Origin: Lama glama | Lineage: Eukaryota | Assembly: GCA_028534125.1 (NCBI GenBank) | Contig: CM052816.1 | Location: forward strand, 85,562,001 to 85,626,000 | DNA: 64,000 bases | Reading direction: 5' to 3' | Part shown: one piece after another, positions 53,564 through 64,000 of the stretch | Layout: the number at the start of each line of letters is the position of its first letter | Position numbering within the stretch: the stretch's first letter is position 1 | Notes under the pieces: generated by a model | Databases searched by the model: none | Seen by the model: only the letters and a program-made list of their open reading frames with translations | What the model was told of the DNA's origin: nothing | Translations under genes and position numbers: made by a program

Positions 53564-55619
53564 TACACACATATACAAACATATACACATGTCAGTTGTG
53601 TGTCTGGGTATGTGTGTGCAGAAACTTTACATTGCTTAGACAATTTGATAGTAATTATCAACATGCAATACTGCACTGCATTCTGAAGAAAGGATATAAT
53701 ATATATCTGTAAGTGCTATTTTTCTTTGCTAGGGCAAATGTAATCAACGACATAAAAAGGTTAAGGGAAAATTGGATCATCTCAAGATTACCAAGTCTAC
53801 AGATATTTAATAACCAAAAGGAATTCTTGGCTTTGTGTTTCTATAATTTATTTTTAACTGTCTTTTTCTAAAGTTTTGTTTCAAGTGACTAGTCTTATTA
53901 ATAGTTATGCTGGCTATTAGAAAACTTTAAATAGTTGAACACAAGAAGGTCATTTAGTTTAAACATTTCATTTCCCAAGAAAGGAAGACTTACCACTTAG
54001 TGAAAAAGAAGCTTTGATATCTAGTGTCAGATACACCTAAAAGAGAAGGAATCTCAAATTAAATTTAAGAATGTGTTCCTAAAACATTTATCATTTTTAG
54101 TAACAAAAATAGCACAATTTAAGCTGATATGTTAGCTAATAAAATTGATAAACATCATTGATTAGCATGACTCAACCAAAATCCAGTGTCTCACTTTGTC
54201 TGTTCATTAACACAATTAACTGTGTGGGAGAAAGACATATTTCTAATAAACAACACTTCAATAATTTCAAAACACTTGCCTCATATAAGCATGTCTAATG
54301 CACAACTTAATAAGGAAATTTGTGAGAAAGGCTCATGGTGAGAATTCTAATTACCTTAAAGCATGCAACTCTTAAAACAAATGTGAAAATATGAGATGAT
54401 TATTGTAAGCTTTCATGTAAAATATGCAGATACGTTAGCAAATAACATGAATAAGTCTAACTACTACTATTTTTGGAATCAGGTTGTATAAATACACAAA
54501 TGAAAAGAACACTTTGACAGATATGAATAATAACTAACTCAGTATTAACCAAGCAAACTAAATATTAATATCCTGAGTAAATAATTCAGATTGGGAGACA
54601 AGAATCAGTAATGTACATTTGCTCTTAATTGTACATCAATTTTAAAGGAATGACTTTAATATTAGAAATGGCATACATATTTTATAATCAGATATTTATA
54701 GGTATTAGTAAAAAAGGGATATATAAAAATTATAGAAAGAATAAAAGTTTTAAAAGTCCAACACATTTACTAAGTGATAGTGAAACCCTATGACTAGTAA
54801 ACAAAGCAAAACAAAACAAATACAATGTAAAATGAAGTTTACTGCAATTCCAATTCCATATCCAAGCCAAAATGTCATAACATTTTTGATTCACATTTAA
54901 ACCCATAGATCTATTTCTAGTACTCTCACATTAATGAGAAAAAGTTTTATAAAGAGATACATATACAAGAAGGATGGCTGTCATTTCACAGCACATCTTT
55001 CATTTAGAGCCTTTTTTGGTAAGAAGTCAGTATATCAAGCAGTTAGACAGCTGATTTCATGGGCTGGTCATGGCAAAATCAACACATTTCACAGTTTGGT
55101 ATGAATTAATGAAGACAGCTGCAAAAATACAAATAATGTCAAATGCCTTTTAGATGTTTCTAATGAATAAAATGAATAAAAATTAAAATGTATCTAAATG
55201 TGAATTTGACATTTCTTTCTTGTTTCACAAGGTCATACAAAATTATAGCAAGTGTGTTTGAATAAATTATTTGGCTATACACTAAATTTTTAAAATGCTA
55301 TTTTCCTAATAAAAACAGAATATTCTTGAATTTGTCTTACATTTATAGTCCTAAAAATAATATACATTTGTTGCTTTTCATTTTGTGTTAATACATTTGA
55401 GTCCAAGCTCTCTTTGGCATTATGCGTCTATTTCCATTCTTTAAAACACAAAACAATAAATAAACAAAATCCAAAAACTGAAAAAAAAGCATTTTTAATT
55501 ACTGTGTTTAGTTATAACTAAAAATAAATTAAAAACATGATCTTTATAAATAAGAGAATGAACATATGTAAAATATTTATTTAACTAACAATGGAACCAG
55601 TGAAATGGTATAGCTGGTT

Positions 55620-55999
55620 CAAATTCAACAGTAAAAAGGAATGCAGTGCTGAAACATGCTACAACAGAAGATAAACCTTGAAAATACTATGCTGAGTGAA
55701 AGAAGAAAGTAAAAATATTACATATTTTATGGCTCCATTAATTTGAAATGTCTAGAATAGACAAATCTATAGACATTAAGTAGACTGCCTAGGACTGGGC
55801 AGAGCTAGGTGGTAGGGAAAGGGGAATTAATGCTAATGGGTGTCATGTTTTCTATTGGGGGCAATATGATGAAGATTTCTAAAATTGTTTGCAATGGCTG
55901 TAAAACTCTGTGGATGTGCTATAAAATATTGAATTGTACATTTTAAATGAGTGATTTGTATGTACATGAATTAAACTTCAAAAAAGTTATTTAAAAAAG
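55620..55999 (+). mobile_element. L1MB7/8-like 3' end
   Basis: 'aaaaggaatgcagtgctgaaacatgctacaac', 'aaccttgaaaatactatgctgagtgaaagaag', 'gaaatgtctagaatagacaaatctatagac' and 'ttgaattgtacattttaaatg'. Confidence 0.9.
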
Positions 56000-58234
56000 A
56001 GAGAACCTAAGGTACAGTTTTAAACAGTCTGTCAAAGGAATCTGCTAATAAATAAAAACATGGCAATAAATTTTAGTCTTAGGACTAATTTTTCAAATCA
56101 ACAGAAATCTACAAGTTTATATGTACTCTGACAGCGTGTGGGCTCTAGTCAAATAGCAAATAGCAAAGTCAAACAGTTATATCCTCCTAAAAATTAAGTA
56201 ATTGCCATGTAGACTTTTTCAACAGTTTCTCAGTAAAATATGTAAGAACCTACTGACTCTATATACCCAAATTATCAATAATATTTTCTGTAAGAAAAAA
56301 CTGTAAGACAAAATATATCAATCAAAGACAATTAGTAAAAAATAAGTTATGTAGAAGTTAATTGTTTGTATTCTTACTAGATATACTTCTGCATATTTTT
56401 GTTTTTTACTTCAAAGTTTCGGAAAATTCTTCTTAACAGCTCCTCTGCTCCCTTTGTAACCACATATAATCTTAGATTGTTCTTGATCATGTACATACAC
56501 ACTCCACTGGTCTCATTTTGTTTTGTACATGTACATAGATGCCAACAATAAGTGATAGTTAACACATACAGGCCATGGTGAACATAACAAGATGAACATG
56601 TAAGGCAAGAGCATTAACTTAGCTATACAAATTTTTGTAAGGAATATGACTGAACATTGAAAGTACCCTAATAGCAGTTTTTCTATTCTATGGCTATGAA
56701 ATCAAACTTAAGATCTTAATCTCTGCTCACAGATTTACAGTCAAACAAATAAAGTTGAGGAAACTTCCTCTTCAGGTTTCAGACACCGTATTGACTAGTC
56801 AAAGATATAAATTTTGCCTATAGTTTATAGTAGAGCCTTCAGGCAAACCTCCAAGTAAAGATGACTTCATCTTCTGAATGATAACTAGAAAATAATGATT
56901 ATTTTATTACAGTAACCAACACTATCAAAATGGAAAAAAAAAAGAAAAATTCACTTTAGGGGTATAATAACAAAAATTTCATAAGGACTTGATCAATATT
57001 TTCCTAAGTATAAGATCCATATGAAAAACACTACAAGGACAACTTAGCAAGCTCCTCTTATTTCATTTAATTTATATTATAAGTAAGTGCTCTAACAGTG
57101 CACAATTTTTGCCAATATTTTAACACATTCCACTTCTTTTTATATTCAGGTATTATAAATCCAGGCAATAAAACTTGCCTCCTCCAAATAGTTTACATTT
57201 TTCTATGGATGCTCAAGTCTTATTTATCACTATCTCTTTTATAGCATAATGGAAATGGCATTTAATTTTAGATGAAGATTGTCATCATTTTCTTTGACAA
57301 GCAAAATGATCCTATTACCTTAGATATACAGAATATTTACCTATTTTATTGTTCATACTATGTCCTCAACCACCCACACTAATTATAACACACTCAAAGT
57401 TACTGACTTATCTTTCCAAAGAAAACTAGGATGTATGTATATAACTGAGAACTGAGACCAGAACTAGAAGTCTGCAACTCTATGTATTACATATAAAAAT
57501 ATTATCAGATTAGCAAAGCTTATTAGGGTACATTAATTGATCCATATCCATGCACAATTCTTTTCCATTTGTGTAAAGTAGCAAAATTGAATACAATCGT
57601 AACAGAACTAAAAAACATAAATACTCTGGTGCATGTTAAAGTCAGAAGCAAAATCACAGGTATTAAAAATTATATATAGAATGTATAGAAATCAGGAAAA
57701 TATTCAAGAATTATTATTTAACTCAATATAGTATTATTCAAAGGTCTTAAATTGAACTAAGTGTTTTAAAAACTATGTTTTATCTGACTTACTACGTGAC
57801 CTAATTAGTATTGTTACATGACCTAAGTAGTAGTGTTGTCACACATTTTGTCACAATTACAATTTTATTGTGTTCAACATCATTTTTCAATTTCATAATC
57901 TTAAATAATATATAGTAGAAATTGTAGCTTATCTAATTGATAAACCAGTATTAGAATTTTGGAACTTTAGTGTAATAAATATCTTTACGATAAAACAACC
58001 TAAATATTATTTTTAAAATGAAATGTATGTTTTTAATTATACCCCACACTTCTGAAATTTAGTCATATAGATATTAATTCATTGATTTTTAACAGCAATA
58101 ACAAAAACTGAACAAATCTCATTTGTCCAAAGATTCAACTTAATTACATAAGCTTTGATCTTTATATAAAAATGTATCTGATTTCTCAATTTCTGTGATG
58201 ATTATTTTGTTTTAAAATTTACTATAAATATTAT

Positions 58235-58350
58235 GCCAGCAAAATGGCAGATTTGGAAGTCTTAGTATTTATTTCTCCAAAGAAACACCAAGTAAACAAT
58301 AATATATTAACTAAAATATCTTTACAAGAGATCCAAAACCAGTCAAGAAT
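58235..58350 (+). mobile_element. Isolated 5' tip of an old L1M element
   Basis: 'ccagcaaaatggcagatttggaagtctt...ccaaagaaacaccaagtaaacaata...ctttacaagagatccaaaaccagt' resembles L1M 5' ends. Confidence 0.5.
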
Positions 58351-59069
58351 TTGTACCTGGAGAGGTGACTTCTACAACTATCTAAGTATAACTTTCAAGA
58401 ACCTAAAAACACAGCTTTCATACAAAGTAGAATGAATCCATGTTGAAATTTATTCAACCCTCTAATGAATTACAGAACAAATAGTCGTTTCAACTTGGTT
58501 CAAAGGAGAATTAGAGGAACAGAAATGCATGTATTCAGTCAGTAAAAGTAGTGCTGAAATTAATTTGCTTACATATACAAAACTGGCTAATATCCATTAG
58601 GGCAATAACACTAATTTTTTTTGAGTTATCATTTTTGTCAAACAGAAATCCACAAATCAACATTTGGGTGATAAATTAAATAGTAAATCCCAAAGCCAAA
58701 CACAGACAAATATTCCTGTAGGTTTAAATGTTCCTTAGGAGGGCTTATGATACTTAAAAGAGGTGTGCATATTCAACTTGATTTTTTTCTAAGTTTAAAA
58801 ATTACAAAAGAAAAATACATTTATCTAGTCTAATCAAAGAATAAGTGATATGTATATTTAAATTGTTAGCCTATTGCTGGATTGACTATTTCTTGACATA
58901 TCTCATAATAGTCTTCTCATCTAAGAGAAGCAGCTTTGGAAGATAAAAGAAAAAAACAGTAATTGTAAAAGAGTTACTGTAAGTTTCTCTAAAATAGTCA
59001 AAATTTAGATCAATCATGAAGATTCCTAAATTCATGGTCTTACAATTTTCTCATGAATGCTATGTGTCC

Positions 59070-60025
59070 ACAAAAATTACCCTATTCAGAAAACAAGTAG
59101 TAAACTGGAAAATATATGAAAAGAAATTATAGACTTTGGACAACAGGCAGAGCGGAATTGTGACCTCTGAAAGAAATTAAACTAAGTAAGCCCTGTGACT
59201 ACTACCTGAATACAATTTTCAGACCACAGTAGAAAAAGAAGGAACATAACAATGACCAGTGACCTCACTGAGTTGAGAAGACAGAGAACACATTTGGAGG
59301 ATGCTAATGTGGCTAGTATCTGTGAGGCAGAAATATGGAAAGGAGAGGTACAAAGGGACAGAGCTATAGAGACCAGTTACTGGATCTCCTTGAATCTTTG
59401 GCTCTGGATTCATCTGCACTTACTTAGAGAAGAAACCATAACTGACTGGAAATAGTTTAAGTTCAACCAGTTAAAGCTGAGAAACCTTGTAACATACGAG
59501 TATTTTGATAGAGTATCCAAAAGAGTACATTTTAATAAGAGAAGTAAATTAGGGCTTCTAATTGGATTGCAGTGGATTTACCCTAACAAAGATTAAAAGC
59601 AAATCATACAAAGATTAAACATATCCTAAGTTACTTCTCTTCATACTAGAATAAAATCAAACGTTCTCAGAAATATGCAGCAAAATCTAGCACCCAAAAC
59701 TGTAAACTCTATCAAAATTTTAATATTCTGTTCTTCAAAAAACTCTGATAAAGAAATAAAAGGGCAAGCCAGACACTGGGAGAAAATATTTGCAAAAGAT
59801 ATATTTGATAATGAACTTATGATGATAATATATAAAGAACTCTTATAATTCAACAAAAGGAAGATAAACAACCAAATTTTAAATAAATGAGCAAAACACT
59901 TGAGAAGACTATTCAAAAATAATACATATGGATGACAATCATGTACTGAAAAAAGATATTAAACCCATTATTCTCTGTGGAAATGCAACTTAGCCATAGT
60001 AAGATACAACTGTACAGCCAACAAA
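59070..60025 (+). mobile_element. Old L1M (L1MC/L1M4-like) 5'UTR segment joined to an ORF2 C-terminal segment
   Basis: 59070-59710 is 5'UTR-like ('gactttggacaacaggcag', 'ctcactgagttgagaagacagaga', 'ccctaacaaagattaaaagcaa'). 59711-60025 is ORF2-like ('aaaagggcaagccagacactgggagaaaatatttgcaaa', KGQARHWEKIFA). Confidence 0.78.
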
Positions 60026-60699
60026 ATCCCAAAAATTTAGTCTGTAAATAAGAAATAAAGGATTGAAATTATGAAAACATAATTTTAATGAAATACAGCT
60101 ATATCCTGCTCATAGTTCACCATTGTCAGTAAGAATCCTTTCTGAAAATATGACATGAATCCAGTGACGATCAATCTTATTTCCAAACACAATAGAATGA
60201 CAATTCAGCAAACCTTTGAGATTTTTAAGGTGTATTTAAAATACACTCTTCATTTAGCAAAATAAAAGACTGCTCTGTCCTAGTCACTGAAGTACTTCAA
60301 GAAAAGGCTATGTAAATAATGGAAAGAAAGAAAAAAATGCTACAATTTAAGCTAATGACATCATCATCTGAATTGTATACAAAATGATCAATAGTTAGTC
60401 TATGGAAAATACTACCTGAGGTCTCTTATTGGACAAACACAATATAATTATACAAATAGCAAGTGTGAGGGGAAATAAAGGACAAGAAATAGCTAGATTT
60501 GTGTGAAGAATATTGAAGAATAGAAAGAAGGCCTGAAATTTTTAAATGGCATACCATGTTCTCATGGTGGTAAATAATGTTTGAATATTATCAGTTGGCT
60601 CAAATTTAAAACATAATGAAATTGCTACCAAGCAAAAAGTTGAAAACAAATGCTTTTGGGATGGGATTACAGCAATGTAAAGGTCAGAAGTTTAGAAGA

Positions 60700-61830
60700 G
60701 AAAATGTGCGTGTCTTCACTATATAATGCCATATTAAGCCATGAGACTGAATTTCACAAAGAATAGTGGATGGTGAGAACAGAGCCTTTAGTTAATCTGA
60801 TATTAAAATGAGGTTGGGATGAAGCTTGCAGTAAGGTGGAAGATGGCCAGAAGTTTGCATTGCCACAGAAGTCAGACCAGGAGGGTTTCAAAAAGGTGGG
60901 AGAATTTTGCTGTGTTTAGTCAATTAATTAATTACAATTAGTAAAGGTGAGAAGTACATAGCGAACTTGGTAATGAACAAGAGTTGTGGATTTTTAAGTA
61001 AGAATCTATGGTGAAATGTAAATACCAGAAGTCAGACTGTTGTGAATGAATAATAGGTAAGCACATCAAAGAAATGAATGTTAAAAATATGTTGAAGCTT
61101 GGCTGTATAAAAATATAAACAGGTATAGGGGCCTGTGGGTGGTGCAAACTTGTTCTTTCTTTTTAATTGGAATTATGTTAGTTTGGTGCAGAAGGTAGGC
61201 ATTTTATAAGTATCGAGGACGATTCAGTAGAGGAGGACAGACGTGTTTGTGAATGTTGAGGTCCCAGCAGTGGGAGTATAAGAGAGGCATAAAACTCAGT
61301 TCTTTGAGGTGAAGACATTAATTGAAATTCTAAATTATTGCAATAGCCATGTGCACTAGTCCAAATCACCATGAAGGATAGTAAGGGTTGGGGTGGGAGA
61401 AAGAAGAAAATCATGAGCCAAGAAGCGAACATCAGTTTAAAAACTGATAGAGTTGGGGAGAAAGAATAAACAACATCTTTAATATTGCCAGTTAGTCCCC
61501 AAATGACTATTCTCTTTACTTCCCTCACTTCTCTGATTTCACCTCCTACTCCATTTTCTTTACTCTGTTTCAATCACACTACATATGTTTTGTCTCCAAT
61601 ATCCAGCCATCCTTTATGTCTTTGTTCAAAGATACCTTCTCACTGAGAGGTACACAAACTACACTTTTTAAAATTTCAAACCATACTTCTTCAACACAAA
61701 TCCTCCTGGCCCTATTTTCCTTTTTTTTCCACATAACTGTTCTCTTCTAACACATCTATTCATCTATTCAATATTGTTTATCATCTTTCTCCACCCACTA
61801 CATTGTAAACTTCATGAGAAGATGATAATA
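60700..61830. mobile_element. Cluster of L2 fragments in both orientations
   Basis: 'aagccatgagactgaat', 'ggtaatgaacaagagttg', and at ~61500-61820 'tactctgtttcaatcacact', 'gataccttctcactgagagg' and 'ctacattgtaaacttcatgag'. Confidence 0.62.
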
Positions 61831-64000
61831 ATAGGAGTGGCAGTGCAGAATATATTTAGATGAAATGAGCTTCACGTAAGGGAAGAGTAAGGAAAAAAAG
61901 TAATCTGGAACTGCCAAGGAGAAATGATTAAGATACGTAATCCTCCTCCTGCCCTGAATGAAGCATGTGAAAAATGAATGATCAAACAAATCCCCTTGGA
62001 AAGGACTGCAGCACTGTTGGATGGCATCTAGTTTTCAATCTTCTGAAGGGAAAATTCAGAAAAGAAGATGAAAATACAGAGGAGTTTGGGGATCACTTAT
62101 CTTGCATTCTAAAAGAGACAGTGCAAATTTTTGTCAGCATGAGAAGCCTTGGTTTGGATCAGGTGCCATACACGTTGACATGGAAATGACAGTTCCAGGG
62201 AAACAGATGACCTGAAAGGCTTTGATTTCTGAAGAATAAAATGAATAAATAGATGAGGCAGGACAGCTTGAGTTTTAATGCTTTTATGGAGGCAGAGTGG
62301 ATGGTTCAATATATAGTTTTGAATATCCTCTTCCAAGTTAGTGATATGGGAATGAACACATGCTTTCACGTAAGATCAATTTAGTGCTTAATCTATGAAG
62401 AAGCTTTGTTTAAACAATCAATCAGTAGGAAAAAAGTAATACTTTCATAAATTGTCCTTTTGGGGGAGTGATAGCTTTGGGCCAGTTCCACAATAAATTA
62501 ATTAAAGAACTGCTATGTTTTATAACCATAAAGGTTGCGAAAAGAATAAATTTTCTCAGCTTTAAAATAAGATTAATTATTTCTAAATTGCTTTCAGGTC
62601 ATATTATTTTATTTTTTCTAATTTTATTTTACTAGGATTAAATGACATGGCCATAGATAAATAATAGAAAATAGTCTCTTTATTCCTGAATGAAAGGACC
62701 TAGTTAAGTTAACAATTCATTTATGTACAAGTGGAATGTTTTTTTCTGTTTATTGAAGTCATTGAATATATGTTAAGACACTGCTTTTATTATTGTTAAT
62801 AGACTGAAAAACATAACTAAATTGCCTAAAGCTACAACTACCTTTCCATCATTAACTTTTTAAATTATCCTGACAAATAGGATATTTTCAAAGATGCTAA
62901 TTGGGTGGTTTGTACTGTGATCTTTTTATGAAATATAAAAGATTAAACTGTTTTGCACTTAAATTTGTGACAGGGTGTGTAGTGATTTCATTTTATTTCT
63001 AAACTAATCATGATTTCAGTGCATGTCATTCTGAATATTTTACTAAGCAATACTTTTTAAAAAATTTAATTGAAGATAAATAAAAAGAGAAATAATAGGC
63101 TGTTCATAGATGGCCAATGCAGTTTTCATGCCAAATGTATTAACGTGTTAACATTTCTTCCCTTAAGTATATGTATAAAGATATAAACAGACCTGCCAAC
63201 ACCACTGGTTCTATTTCTCCAGCTTCACCTATAAAGAGCATACCCTTATGTTCTTTATTCATCAAGAAAAAATTAAATGACAGTGTCTATTCCAATGGAG
63301 TCATCTTTCCTTTGAGGTTTATTCATTATATAAGGATATGCCAATATCGTTCAACATAGAACAGAAAGTAGCATACAGTTAACAAGTGTATGTCCAAACC
63401 TAGGAAGAAAAAAAAATTACCTGGTTCTTGCTAGAGGTGCAGTTACCCTGGACACAAGTAAAATGTGGACCAACGATTGTCCTGGTCCAAACAATCTGAA
63501 TACCAACGCTTTTTTCAAAGTGTTTGTATGCGAAAGGGGTTGGAATGCCTGAACTGTCTCCTCCAACAATGCCCTTCACAAAGACAGTCTGTGGGTCTCT
63601 TCACAAATCAGGAGAATAGAAGTATACTGGAATGTGTAAGGGTGAGTTGTAAATTATTTTGTTTTGCTTTGTTTTCTAAATTCCTTATTTAATTTGGAAA
63701 ATGAAATCACAGAATCATAGAGGGATGAAGACTGTGGGTAGAGAATTTTTTAAAGGTCAGTGGTGAACTTCAATAATTACATGGAGTAACTAAAGAAAGC
63801 AAAGGAGTATTTATCAAGTCATCATGCCCTGCTTTAATTCCAAGTTAATGAATACTTTTATACCACAAATTTTTCCAGATTCACTTATCCAGGGGGATGC
63901 AGCAAGTCATGACATTTATGAAAACGTGAATAACTAACTCTATTTCCAACAGCACCATCGTGTCAACATAACATTTGTATTTCAGTCTCTGGCTAATGCA

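Noticed and set aside
56377..56565. 62-aa minus ORF with a protein-like tail (KGAEELLRRIFRNFEVK)
   Set aside because: GTG start, no acceptor site and no recognisable family.

Overview
AT-rich, CpG-depleted mammalian genomic DNA, probably camelid (judged from a Vicugna/vic-1-type tRNA-derived SINE and a camelid-looking L1 3' end; no Alu, Bov-A/BovB, PRE-1 or CanSINE seen). I can support no intact protein-coding gene, RNA gene or CpG island, so the window looks intergenic or deep intronic. It is dominated by decayed transposable elements: a near full-length L1 (+, 10046-16399, 14-bp TSD), an internally deleted L1 (-, 42841-47277) with a SINE at the deletion junction, several L1 3' ends, a composite ERV LTR, four MaLR LTRs, MER82, two MER5 elements, a hAT end, and MIR/L2/HAL1 relics. 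There are also microsatellites and two assembly gaps. The ORF-track entries are L1 remnants, simple repeats or chance ORFs. I found no evidence of a new multi-component biological system. The most unusual items are a young near-perfect 57-bp-arm hairpin (29614-29737), the SINE-associated ~3-kb L1 deletion and a few candidate regulatory motif clusters. Repeat family names come from recalled consensus similarity, not from a database search.
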